Assembly: GCA_951406725.2 (NCBI GenBank)
Contig: OX597815.1
Location: forward strand, 202,678,001-202,742,000
DNA from: Octopus vulgaris
Lineage: Eukaryota
DNA length: 64,000 nucleotides
Reading direction: 5' to 3'
In this document: positions 41,257-54,805 of the stretch, in pieces
How positions within the stretch are numbered: the first letter of the stretch is position 1
Layout of the letters: each line of letters begins with the position of its first letter
Made by a program: the position numbers and the translations under genes
The notes under the pieces: model-generated
The model's database searches: none
What the model was told of the DNA's origin: nothing
The model's input: the letters and a program-made list of their open reading frames with translations, nothing else

Positions 41257-41363
41257 ATTTCTTGTACGGTATACCGTTTCATTCGCTGTTTAATGGTAAA
41301 CTAACCTGATTAAATTAAATCAAGCCAATCTTCCATAAGCCCTCGAATTCTTCAGCAAGAAAT
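41257..41363 (-). ncRNA. Type I hammerhead ribozyme, array copy 2
   Basis: Identical to copy 1 by eye. Confidence 0.92.
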
Positions 41364-41747
41364 AGCTCAAGTCGGAACAGATATTTACACGAGGCATCTC
41401 GAACCTTGCCAAGGCAATATCTGACCTAAAATTTTCAAATCGTCGCACTCGCGCCAAATTTATCGGCAGCAAATAAATATCAGCCGTCGATTCCATTACG
41501 GAATTAACCAAAAAATTCATAATTAATCAATATAGGGTGGCAAGGAAAATTTTGTAGAAATTTATTGCCACCAGCGGCCAGTGGGAAAAAAATTAAATAG
41601 TCATAGACCATTTTTAAGTTCAACATTAACAATTAAGGAACGGCCATAATAGGCCATTCACCCACTAGAAATAACAGCCAAAGCTTCTACCGCAAATAAA
41701 GATCAATTCCGTTAACAGGAGAAAATTAAAAAAACATTTACCCTGTA

Positions 41748-41854
41748 ATTTCTTGTACGGTATACCGTTTCATTCGCTGTTTAATGGTAAACTAACCTGA
41801 TTAAATTAAATCAAGCCAATCTTCCATAAGCCCTCGAATTCTTCAGCAAGAAAT
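41748..41854 (-). ncRNA. Type I hammerhead ribozyme, array copy 3
   Basis: Identical to copy 1 by eye. Confidence 0.92.
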
Positions 41855-42241
41855 AGCTCAAGTCGGAACAGATATTTACACGAGGCATCTCGAACCTTGC
41901 CAAGGCAATATCTGACCTAAAATTTTCAAATCGTCGCACTCGCGCCAAATTTATCGGCAGCAAATAAATATCAGCCGTCGATTCCATTACGGAATTAACC
42001 AAAAAATTCATAATTAATCAATATAGGGTGGCAAGGAAAATTTTGTAGAAATTTATTGCCACCAAGCGGCCCAGTGGGAAAAAAAATTAAATAGTCATAG
42101 ACCATTTTTAAGTTCAACATTAACAATTAAGGAACGGCCATAATAGGCCATTCACCCACTAGAAATAACAGCCAAAGCTTCTACCGCAAATAAAGATCAA
42201 TTCCGTTAACAGGAGAAAATTAAAAAAACATTTACCCTGTA

Positions 42242-42348
42242 ATTTCTTGTACGGTATACCGTTTCATTCGCTGTTTAATGGTAAACTAACCTGATTAAAT
42301 TAAATCAAGCCAATCTTCCATAAGCCCTCGAATTCTTCAGCAAGAAAT
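42242..42348 (-). ncRNA. Type I hammerhead ribozyme, array copy 4
   Basis: Identical to copy 1 by eye. Confidence 0.92.
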
Positions 42349-42734
42349 AGCTCAAGTCGGAACAGATATTTACACGAGGCATCTCGAACCTTGCCAAGGC
42401 AATATCTGACCTAAAATTTTCAAATCGTCGCACTCGCGCCAAATTTATCGGCAGCAAATAAATATCAGCCGTCGATTCCATTACGGAATTAACCAAAAAA
42501 TTCATAATTAATCAATATAGGGTGGCAAGGAAAATTTTGTAGAATTTTTTTGCCACCAGCGGCCCAGTGGGAAAAAAATTAAATAGTCATAGACCATTTT
42601 TAAGTTCAACATTAACAATTAAGGAACGGCCATGATAGGCCATTCACCCACTAGAAATAACAGCCAAAGCTTCTACCGCAAATAAAGATCAATTCCGTTA
42701 ACAGGAGAAAATTAAAAAAAACATTTACCCTGTA

Positions 42735-42841
42735 ATTTCTTGTACGGTATACCGTTTCATTCGCTGTTTAATGGTAAACTAACCTGATTAAATTAAATCA
42801 AGCCAATCTTCCATAAGCCCTCGAATTCTTCAGCAAGAAAT
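42735..42841 (-). ncRNA. Type I hammerhead ribozyme, array copy 5
   Basis: Identical to copy 1 by eye. Confidence 0.92.
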
Positions 42842-43226
42842 AGCTCAAGTCGGAACAGATATTTACACGAGGCATCTCGAACCTTGCCAAGGCAATATCT
42901 GACCTAAAATTTTCAAATCGTCGCACTCGCGCCAAATTTATCGGCAGCAAATAAATATCAGCCGTCGATTCCATTACGGAATTAACCAAAAAATTCATAA
43001 TTAATCAATATAGGGTGGCAAGGAAAATTTTGTAGAAATTTATTGCCACCAGCGGCCCAGTGGGAAAAAAATTAAATAGTCATAGACCATTTTTAAGTTC
43101 AACATTAACAATTAAGGAACGGCCATAATAGGCCATTCACCCACTAGAAATAACAGCCAAAGCTTCTACCGCAAATAAAGATCAATTCCGTTAACAGGAG
43201 AAAATTAAAAAAAACATTTACCCTGT

Positions 43227-43326
43227 NNNNNNNNNNNNNNNNNNNNNNNNNNNNNNNNNNNNNNNNNNNNNNNNNNNNNNNNNNNNNNNNNNNNNNNNNN
43301 NNNNNNNNNNNNNNNNNNNNNNNNNN
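43227..43326. other. Assembly gap (100 N)
   Basis: Run of N directly after the tandem array, so true array length is unknown. Confidence 1.
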
Positions 43327-43390
<64 letters not shown>

Positions 43391-45840
43391 GATACAATCA
43401 CCGAAGCACGACGTGATGCCATACATATACATCTGCGCTCCCCCTACAGTTTGAAGAGTATTTTAACTCTTATTTCCAGCAATGTAGGTGCTTCGTTATC
43501 CTAAGTCTCACCTAGCAATGACTGTTTATGCATACATACATACATACACACACACACACATATATATATATATACACCCACGAACTCTGATATCTATTGT
43601 TCGTGACTATATAGCGAAGGCATGTTAAATGATACCCAGTCATACTCACATATGTGTATTATGTATTTATGTATAGATATATACGTGTGCTTATGTGGAC
43701 ATATTTGAGTGTGTTTGCACTTGTTTGCGTGTATATGTGCGTTTGTATGTGTTGGAATACTTATATGAATGTATGTACGTACATGTGCTTATTGCGTATT
43801 TGAGTTTGTCCGTTGGAGACCGGAATACTTGGTTTATGATATTGCTGCTTTATCTATTGGCTTTAATAATTGAATATTTAGTATAAAGTATGTAAATGTT
43901 TTGCATGTTTTGTGACTTAATGGAGAGATGATTTCATTGTGTTTATTGGTAATGGGTTTTTTGGCAAAGAGAATTCCGTATGTTTCTGTTGGGCAAAAGT
44001 TGCCTATATGTGGTTTCCGTATTGTAATTTTGTTCTTGTGATGTAATCCCATTTTGTGTGATAATATTTGGGTTTTTTTTTATTTTTGAAATGTTCTTTT
44101 TTAAGAATGCGAACGTTTGTTGATAGTACGAACAAATAAATGTATTTGAGGTAAATTCTATGTATTTGTTTCGTGTGCTATTAGTCTGTACGTCTAGAAA
44201 CTAGAATGGAAAATTCTTTTTTATTGAAAGTTGTTGGCTTACTTCGTCTAAAGTTGATAGATGAAGCAAATGTGTTTGCAAACGTAAGAGTATTAGACGT
44301 GTTTATATATAGCAAATTGAACCGTTTTCCAAGCATATTAAAAACACAGTCTGCTATGGATATTTGAATAGCTCTATTGAAGTTGGGTTGTGGTAAAGGT
44401 GATATTTTTCCTATTTTTGCAATGTTTGGGACTGGTAGTATGTTCATTTTGTGTATTTTTTTCTTTAAGGCCAATATTTAAAAGAAGTTGTAGTAGTTTC
44501 TATGAATATAAAAGTATCTATGAATATTTGTGGATTGACTGAAAAATTGTGATTCTGAGTGAGATTTTTTAACAGAGATTTTTATACGTGGTGTACATTT
44601 GAGCAAATCGTGAGCTTTATGTCTCTTCTGGCTTGTAATAAGAATATTATAGAGTTATGCATCGTTCAGAAATATGCCATATGATTTATTAATGCAAAGG
44701 TTTTAAGAAGGTACATTACGTTGTTATATTATTTTATTGGAGATTACGGATATTCATAAATAAAAGACCACCACCATTTGGAAATGCACTATTTCACAAA
44801 GAGAAGCGTATCTTTTATTTTTTCAATTATAGAATACGTATTTCATTTTTTTTTTTAATCACGTTGATTTTGACGGAGTCGACAAATAGATACTTTGAAA
44901 TTACCACATCATATAGACATATTAGAAAAATTTGTATCATTCAGGAACAAAATCTACCACATTTTTTATATTTCTTATATCTGTGATGAAACAACACCGA
45001 ATAAAAAAGTATTAATTCTTTGGAAAACTACTATTTCTACTTATTCCAATGTCTACATAATCGTCTCTTAAACTTGCATGATGTGACTAAAATATTACAA
45101 TATTCATTTTAATTATTGAATAATGGGTATTAGCTAAATCCCCCGGTATTATACACGTCTCACTTAAATCTGGTTCCAAATGCATTAACACAATTAATTG
45201 TTAATATATACAAGCAAAGCAACCTTGAAAAATAGCCTAATCCACTGACAACGCAATATCATATTATGATATAATACCAGTAAACAGAATATAATCGAAT
45301 TAATATACATATTATATACAAACGTGAAATAGTTTAAGTGCAAATCCCTACGTATTTCCGTTTTACAATAATTGGTCGAATGAATGAGCTCAGAATATAT
45401 CAGAGCTATCATGTGTCCATGTGATGCGTGCATCTGAGTGTAAGCGTAGGGTTTACCAAGAATCAATATGATTGTGACTTAAACTGTATAATTATTACAG
45501 CCTTATGTTTCTTTTTATATTCTAAGTTAACTGTATTCGTCATTCCTATAAAATCCTTTTGACACGTAAATAACAATTAACCCGAAATCATTATTTCTTG
45601 TCAAATAAACAAATACTTTCAAATTTCCCGAATGAAAACTATTCACTATTTTCATTAAAAAGCGAAAGTGTACTTATCTTTACAAAAACAACATAATTAG
45701 ACCATGATATGAAAAAAAGAAGTCTTTTATTATTCTTGTTTACGTGTAAGAGAATGTCCTCTCATTTCTTTCGTATTTTAACGTTTTAGTTATTTGCTTA
45801 TTTATAAATTGTTGCGGTTATCTCTCTCTCTCTCTCTCTC

Positions 45841-45893
<53 letters not shown>

Positions 45894-45981
45894 GCTAATT
45901 CATCACGTACTAAATATTATTTGTTTTATCTACCTATCTATCTTATCTATCTTATTTATCAATATACATACATAAATATCA

Positions 45982-46038
<57 letters not shown>

Positions 46039-46086
46039 TACTGATATTTATGTATGTATATTGATAGATAAGATATATAGATAGAT

Positions 46087-46165
<79 letters not shown>

Positions 46166-46516
46166 AACAAAAAATATTTAGTACGTGATAAATTAGCAAC
46201 TTTTAGACAGAAGCATATAATTGTCACATTTATTTATTTATTTATTTATTTATTTAGACATTACCGTTTCCACTGCTAATAGACTATTTTCTTTTTAGTT
46301 CGTTGTTTTCGTTCTGCCAATGAATAAACAAAATATGTGTGTTCTGATATCACATTTGTTTGTGCGAATGTGTGAATGAACAAACCACTTTGTCTTTCTC
46401 TCTGCGTCTCTCTCCTCTCCCCTTGCACTCCGTCTATCTCTCTTTCTCTCTCTCACGGTCGACCAAAAGCTACATGGGAATTATTTATTTATATATATTA
46501 TTTATTTATATATATA

Positions 46517-46685
46517 GGCGCAGGAGTGGCTGTGTGGTAAGTAGCCTGTTTATCAACCACATGGTTCTGGGTTCAGTCCTACTACGTGGCACCTTGGGCA
46601 AGTGTCTTCTACTATAGCCTCGGGCCGACCAAAGCCTTGTGAGTGGATTTGGTAGACGGAAACTGAAAGAAGCCCGTCGTATATG
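46517..46685 (+). mobile_element. SINE family A, 5' half
   Basis: GGCGCAGGAGTGGCTGTGTGG..GAAAGAAGCCCGTCGTA. Confidence 0.92.
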
Positions 46686-46785
46686 TGTATATATGTATAT
46701 ATGGGGAGTGTATGTATGTACGTATATAAATGTATATATATATACACACACATATGTATGCATATATATTCTTATACTGTATGTA

Positions 46786-46818
<33 letters not shown>

Positions 46819-47619
46819 GCATATATCTATGTTCGTCGTGCATGTGTGTGTATGTGTATGTGTGTCTGTCTGTGTGAGAGTGATTGTGAGTGTGAGTGTG
46901 CGTGTGTGCATGTCGAATAGTATGAATAATAATTGTGGTATATTCATTCTTAATACATCTAGCGAAATTATAGATTTGAACGAGGATATATTAAACGTTG
47001 TTGTATTTTGCCTTCGGTGAACATCTCTCTTTTGAGAACAAACTCGATTCGTTGACGTAAGGGACTTTGGGACACCGCCATTTGGATTTTTTTTTTGTGT
47101 CCCTTCCTTCGAAACTACTCCATATTAGTGAGCCTATAAAAGAATAGCGCTTCTTTTTTCATAGAATTCATCAAGCACATTATCTACTGATTCTTACTGG
47201 AGCCTGATATATTCACGTTCTTAATAACGCGTCGTTAGATTTGAACAATGCAGTTGTCGCATCTCTTCCTCTATCGATCAGCAAAAGTTATTTAGATTAT
47301 CGAACGAAATACTCTGCGGCGGAAATTCTTCTGGCTCCTTAGACTCTCCGGTCATATCATACTTTCTTACTTTCGACGTAGATTACATAGTGACAGTCGG
47401 ATTTTGCGAATGATGAAATCTAGTAACTGTCTCACAAAAAAGGAAGCCTTGTACCTGTGTTAATAACAATTATTTGTTAGCTTAAGCTCATCCTTGGTCA
47501 AGACGTATTAATGGTGTCTTATGGCTTTCCATGAAGGCAATTTACTGCCATGCTCATTAGGATGGCTCATCGGTTATCCACTCTACAAAATACATCAAAA
47601 TGGGCATATGTTGTTATTA

Positions 47620-47675
47620 TCAACATCATCATCGCTATCATCCTTGTCATCACCATCATCTACATCATCATCATT

Positions 47676-47713
<38 letters not shown>

Positions 47714-47752
47714 TGTTATTATTATCACTATTATTATTATTATTATTATTAT
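47620..47752. repeat. (CAT)n/(TAT)n microsatellite
   Basis: Seen directly. Confidence 0.92.
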
Positions 47753-48290
47753 TTGCCGGGAGTAATGCTTAGCAGCATTCCGACTGTCTTTACGTTCAAT
47801 TTCAAATCTCGCCGTGGTCGACTTTGCCTTCCATTCTTTCGGGTGCGATTAATTAAGTACGTGTGAAGCACTTGGGTTGAGGTAATCGATTAGTCCCCAC
47901 CCCAACAAAAAAAATTCAAGCTTTGTGCCTTTAGTAGAAAGGATGATCATTATTATTGATAAGGCGGTGACCTAGGAGAATCATTAGCACACTGGACGAA
48001 ATTCTTAGCGGTAGGTATTTCGCCCGTCACGACTTTCTAAGTTCAAATTCCGCCGAGGTCGACTTTGCTTTTCATCCTTTCGAAGTCGATAAATCAAGTA
48101 CAAGCGAAACACAGGGATCGATGTAATCGACTAGTCCTCTCCCCACTGATTTGTGATTTTATTAGAAACTATTATTATTATTGATGTGACAGAATCACAA
48201 GAGCGTTGGCATAAACCTAGCGCTATTTCTCCAAACTTTTTACCTTCTGTGTTCAAATTCTTGCGATGCAAACTTTGACTTGCATACCTG
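47753..48290 (+). mobile_element. Three tandem decayed copies of SINE family B separated by (TAT)n
   Basis: Repeated AATGCTTAGC..GTTCAAATTC..GTCGACTTTGC..TTCATCCTTTCG blocks at ~47753, ~47962 and ~48185. Confidence 0.75.
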
Positions 48291-48776
48291 CATATCCTGC
48301 AATCTCAAGGTTTTTACCAATATATCGTAGGTGCTACTCTTCCTACAATGACAACACCATGAAACGATCAACTAAACTATGAATCGACATATTTTTTTGT
48401 TCTAAGGGAAGGACTGAAACCATATAGACAAGTATGCTTTAATGATTATATAAAGTGCTTGTTTCAATATCTAATTGAATAATATATCTAATTCAATATA
48501 TTATTGAAATACAAAGACAAGAAATCTGCATTTCAGGAGTAATTCTGTAGATTTTGTGAAACAATGTGAAATACTGGAGCAGAGACCTTAAATGTTTCTG
48601 GTGAAAAGAAAAAATGTAGATTTACTTCTATGAGCGGTTAAGTGCTTTATGAGTGAATTGCCAGGCTGAAGATATACACAATATGTTTAATTAGCGTATA
48701 TTTCACTTCTTTGGGTTTTACAAACAATCTATTTTCACATATGTGTGTGCGAGTGTCCTGCTCTATTTGTTTTTGC

Positions 48777-49459
<683 letters not shown>

Positions 49460-51048
49460 TGATGGATATGGCATTGTTTCTTATGAAACGTTATTAATAA
49501 AATAGTTGCATGAAACGCTTTTTAATACAACTCATACATGAAAAGCTTGAAAAGCACGAGTAAGATGCATTGTTGTACCCTATATTAACGGAATTGTGCT
49601 TCAGCTTTTGAGAAATAACATCAAACAACTCGCAGTTCAATGAATAAGCAAACGAAAATTATATCACATCAATGATGGCATAGAAAAATTCATTAAGGCG
49701 CACATAAAATCTCTCTGGGTATATTCTATAGTTGAAATTTAGATTAATGCAGTTCTTTGAAAGAGAATTATTATCCTACTTTTCATCTTAATGTATTGTT
49801 CCCATGAACTCATATATTTTTATCAAGAAGGCAAGTGTCAAATCTAAGGGGATCACTCTTTTAAATATCAAGACAATTATATCATTGAGGGAAAATGCAG
49901 AATATATATGTAGTTGAAAGTGGCAACGGTGAAGTAGAAGGAAATCCAAAACAATGTTTGATGATAACACAAGTGAAGCAACCATCAGGAAATTTCTAAG
50001 ACAGATAACTAAAAATAAAGGATCATAGAAAATACGATATCCACAAAGGCAATTCAGTTCCAATATCGAGTTATCCTGCAGCTTTCTTTCAGAGAATAAT
50101 AAACAAATTTAATGAAGCCGATAGCTATATTGGAAAGCAATTAACTATGTTGTGTGTACTTGTAAAACAATACATCTTAGTCCTATAATGAAAGTTACAG
50201 AGTGGCCGATCAACTTTACAGATAATAAAATTACCTACTATATCATAAGGGATGTATGTTAGAAAACTATTAAAGGTAACTAGCGTAAAACGGGGTAGCT
50301 GATTTAAAAGTGAAAGCATAAAAATAGGAAATTCTATCAAAATCAAATGGTAATCAGTTGATTTTTTTCCACAAATTTTCTCATAACATTGCATTCCCAA
50401 GCGGATCTATTGACCTTCGGGTTAAAGAGATCATTTCCGTTTAGGCTAACACTTCGATGCATTTGAATAATCATACAGAATTATTCACCTATGTTCTTGT
50501 AACCACAAAACTCATAATTTATTTATTACCAAAGGGTTAATGTTAGGTAAAAATAATTAGATTTTAATTGTGAAAACAGTTCTGATTGATAGGGTGTGGA
50601 ATTGTTCGGTTGGTGATTATCATAACTGAACATCAGTCATACTTCTATCCCTATAAATTGAGGCGTGATGCAAACAACGTAGGAAACTACTTTTATGATC
50701 GACTAAAAAAGCAACGATACACAATTATATCATGTTCGTATAAACAATCGTCTGCGAGACGTTTGTCCATTTATCTCCGTCCTTTTGTAAATATTACATT
50801 GTCATGCTTTATACGTTCTTCATCTTTATTTTTCACTGGTCTCAATGAGTAGAATGTGACTACACTACGAAACACTTTAAAGGCATTTAGTCAGTCATAT
50901 CCAAGGCAGTACATAATCGTGTGCTTACTTTGTCAATCATTTGAAGAGACGGCAAAGAGAAGAATGAAACCAATACGGCTCAAAATATTGCAAGTTATGT
51001 TATATTTTCCTTTCACAAACCGTTTTTATTTCCATACCAAACAGATAT

Positions 51049-51087
<39 letters not shown>

Positions 51088-51089
<2 letters not shown>

Positions 51090-51215
51090 CGCAGGAGTGG
51101 CTGTGGTAAGTAGCTTTTTAAACCACATGGTTCGGGTTCAGTCCCACTGTGTGGCACCTTGGGTAAGTGTCTTCTACTATAGCCTCGGGCCGACCAAAGT
51201 CTTGTGAGTGGATTT

Positions 51216-51219
<4 letters not shown>
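51088..51219 (+). mobile_element. SINE family A, 5' fragment embedded in (TA)n
   Basis: Head sequence as at 26206. Confidence 0.9.
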
Positions 51220-51313
<94 letters not shown>

Positions 51314-51339
51314 TATACATATAGTTCAAATTTACACAA

Positions 51340-51480
51340 AACAGCTAAGATGGAAACAGTAGGAACAACAGGCAGGTGTATTAGTTTCCCGCTCGGGAAG
51401 AATGGAAAATCCTTGAAGTTTTGAGCCAAAGCTCTTCAACAGGAAGGACTGGAAGTAAAGAATGATGAAATGGCCGTAAG
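51340..51480 (-). mobile_element. Penelope-like terminal repeat fragment (family of 4295/31094)
   Basis: Minus strand CCTTC-CTGTTGA-A-GAGC-TTTG-GCTC-AAAAC-TTC-AAGG..CCCGAGCG..CTAATACACCTG. Confidence 0.55.
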
Positions 51481-51712
51481 AAAGAGATTGAGTGAAAGGG
51501 AGTTAATAACGGTGACTCGGCCAAACTAGGGTGCTCAGTCGCGGGGATGTATGTGAGAATGGTGTGTGTGAGTGGCTATGCGTGAATGCGCGAGTGCGTG
51601 TAAATGTGTGAGTGAGTGAGCTTGAAATTATGTGGCCCTGTGTGTGTGTACGTGTAAAAGCAACTTACTGCGAACATTTTGTGGAACTGAGTGTGTTTCA
51701 TGTACTGGTGTC

Positions 51713-52400
51713 TAGTTAGTTAGTTAATTTGGCTCAAAAGCAAATAGCAAGGCCATGTAGGGGGACATGGAGTTAAGTACAGGGTGGTGTTCATGTAAAG
51801 AGTTCAGGCCACTTGAGGTCAAGGGAGGCTTTGAACAAAGCGGTCGTCGGCATCTTCACCATCTCGTCTGGCAGCATGTTCCACGGATCCGCAACCCGGA
51901 CGGAGAAAGCTCCTCTCCTTCGATTGAGATGAAATCGTCGCAGATAGAGCTTTTCGGAATGACCCCACAGCCGACGTTCTGGAGCAGGAGTGAAGAACAG
52001 CTGTTTCGAGAGGTTACACTTTCCGCTTATGATGTTGTGGGCGAGAATGAGATCACCACGGCGGCGGCGTTTTTCAAGAGAATAAAGGTCGAGCGTCCTC
52101 AGCCTTTCTTCGTAGGACAAATTTTTGAGACCATGTACCATGCGGGTAGCCAGCTTCTGGACTCTTTCGAGATGCTGTATGTCTTTGAGGAGATAAGGAG
52201 AAGAGGCTTGAATCCCGTACTCCAATATGGGTCTCACCAGCGTGACATAGAGTGGTAGGAATATGGCTGCTGTGAGCATTCCGAATGACCGTCGAATCAA
52301 GAACAGAATTCTGCGTGCTTTGTTGGCAGCATGGACGCACTGGGCCGAAGGCGAAAAGGAGGAAGCCACCAAGATACCCAGGTCCTTTACCTGATCGGTC
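51713..52400 (-). mobile_element. 5'-truncated CR1-clade LINE (RT C-terminus + (CTAA)n tail)
   Basis: KDLGI..CVHAANKARRIL..LYVTLVRPILEYG..SPYLLKDIQHLERVQKLATRMV..LSYEERL..LYSLEKRRRRGDLI; tail (TAAC)n. Confidence 0.93.
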
Positions 52401-52954
52401 TATGTGTGCGTATGGACCTGTGTACATGTGTGTGGTGTTATCATGTGTGTGTGTATGTGTATAAGTAACCTAGTGCTAGCGTTGTGTGGAGTGATGTGAG
52501 TTTCGTGTATTTGAGTGTGTGCTTATATGGACGTGTGTATATGTATGTGAGGCCATCGTGCGTGTGCGTGTGTGAGTGTACGTGTGCAAATACTTGTGTC
52601 TAGCAGTTCATGTGAGCTTATTCGGGTGGTGTGTGCACGCGTGTATGAATGCATGTGTGTGCATGTGTGTGAGTATGTGACCCAATAGTGTGCATGTGCA
52701 TTGTGTATGTTTGTATGCGAAAGCTGTATGAGTTTATGCGTGTTGCGTTTGTGTGTGTGCATTATCTGTGTTCAGGCGTTTGGCGGGTCCCTGCGCGGTT
52801 TTCTTTCAAATATGTAACTGACACGAGTGTGGTTGACCTGAAAGTATGTTGCGAGGCGTTTACAAATGTTCCTCACAAGAAAATCAAGATGCGGATCTGT
52901 ACACCTGCAAAGCGAACTTCTAAAGCAAACAACCCAACGTTTCGAATGAGGGTA

Positions 52955-53268
52955 GTAACCTCTCGAAAGAGCTGTTCTTCACTCCTGCTCCAGAACGTCG
53001 GCTGCGGGGTCATTCCGAAAAGCTCTATCTGCGACGATTTCATCTCAATCGAAGAAGAGGGGCTTTCTCCGTCGGGGTTTCGGATCCGTGGAATAAGCTG
53101 CCAGACGAGATGGTGAAGATGCCGACGACCGCTCGGTTCAAAGTCTCCCTTGACCTCAAGTGGCCTGAACTCTTTACATGAACCCCACCCTGTACATAAC
53201 TCCATGTCCCCCTACATGGCCTTGCTTTTTGCTTTTTGTGTCAAACAATTAACTAACTAACTAACTAA
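52955..53268 (+). mobile_element. Second CR1 3' fragment, inverted relative to 51713-52400
   Basis: Reverse complement of ~51713-52017, ending in (CTAA)n. Confidence 0.92.
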
Positions 53269-54062
53269 TTTCACATATGTATATCATTACTGAAATAACT
53301 GTAAGGTATAACAATAAGAAATTCTACTGCCGAAAACGTAACATCCAGAAAATTAGCCAGTTACGAAATTTGAATTTAACTATTCAATTGTAAATGAATG
53401 TTCCTATAAAGAGTATTCTGGAATCAGGGATCAATAATTTCTCATTCTTTTGTCTTCTACAACTGTTTCTGTTCAGTCAATTTTCGGCGCTGTAAGAAGA
53501 TATTTCAGTGAAAGCATCAATAATGGACTTGCTTCGAGGAATACTGATGTCGCTGCCACTAATTTCTCTTCTCGCCCAAAATAATTCAAACAATATATGA
53601 ATGTATTGTACATAAAGAAGCATAAATAACCAGCACATGGCTGACGAGCAACCACACAACTTGTGTCCTCATTATACATTCTAAAGTACCCCAATATGGT
53701 TTCAAGCCCACGTTGTAGAACAGACAAACACATGACGTACACTGAGACGCCCCTTTGTTTAGAAAATTTTGTAGCCTTTTTCACTCACGTTAACTCAAAA
53801 AAGTTTCACGGTAACAGGATACTGCTATGGGACAGAAGAGTTCACTTAGTTTCGGGGATGTTTCGTATTCGCCAGTTCTTGAGAACGTAAACGAATTGAT
53901 CTCTTGAGTGTTTCCATAGTAGAGAGTATCCTAAAAACAGCAGTACCAGTAATTTGTTGCTACTGTTACAATGAACATCGTTCCTTTCCTTTTGATGCAA
54001 GTAAGTCTTCAGAGTAGGAAGATATTACATTATCCTTACAACCATATGTGTAGCAGTCGGGC

Positions 54063-54141
54063 TTCCTGGCTTGCGCTACTAGGCGTAAAACATTTCTCTC
54101 CTTTCTGGCTCGCGCTACTAGGCTTAAAACCTTCCTCTCCT
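54063..54141 (+). repeat. 39-bp tandem duplication
   Basis: TTCCTGGCTTGCGCTACTAGGCGTAAAACATTTCTCTCC / TTTCTGGCTCGCGCTACTAGGCTTAAAACCTTCCTCTCC. Confidence 0.9.
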
Positions 54142-54690
54142 CACCATCTGTAAGGTATAGCCGAAAGTATTTTACGATTTCTTGAGTTAACAGGCTTTAA
54201 ATTCCATATCGTTTTTTAATTACATACCGTTACTGTATGCGTCCGCGTTCAACACCTACCCATGTAGAGTTACAAAAGTGACGACCACCAAGAGGCCAAC
54301 GGTCAAATTCCTTTCCGATATCTTTCATAGCGCTCCTTGTATTTTTCGTTCAGAGCATTTCTGGACTAGACAGGATTATAAGCAGGGTTGCGATGCAGTT
54401 GGTCATCATACTTCCTCACCCATTGTCAGATCAATAAACGAGATATGTTTTCATATGATTCGCCCGTCCAGTAGGGGAGACAATACTCAGCATATTGACA
54501 CGGACAATTCTTTATTTAAAGGCAAGAAATCCACTTTAAGTATGAAAATGCATTACAAAATGTAACATGCCTCCCTTCTTTGTGATTATGTGACAGCATT
54601 TTCAACAAAATGAACATCAACAATATGAACAACAGCCATTTTCTGCAGGAACTACGATTTTAACAGATAAATAGGACAACACAAAAATAT

Positions 54691-54697
54691 CACCACC

Positions 54698-54784
<87 letters not shown>

Positions 54785-54805
54785 GCTGCTGCTGCTATTA
54801 CTACT
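54691..54805. repeat. (CAC)(TAC)(TGC)n microsatellite
   Basis: Seen directly. Confidence 0.95.

Larger units (their letters stand above)
40537..43226 (-). mobile_element. Tandem array of ~492-bp hammerhead-containing units (candidate non-LTR retrozyme), at least 5.4 copies
   Basis: Near-identical units with period 491-494 bp and one intact hammerhead per complete unit. Left end is in (TA)n and right end is at the N gap. Confidence 0.9.

Noticed and set aside
40537-43226. Array as CRISPR, 5S rDNA, snRNA/SL cluster or multicopy protein gene
   Set aside because: Units are identical with no unique spacers and show no recognisable 5S/snRNA sequence. The hammerhead fold explains the structure better.
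43830-44520. AT-rich minus-strand ORFs resembling a retroelement C-terminus
   Set aside because: No diagnostic RT or GIY-YIG motif could be identified.
53470-53800. Possible piggyBac Cys-rich tail (PLCLENFVAFFTH)
   Set aside because: Most conserved cysteines are missing and no TTAA-flanked TIRs were found.
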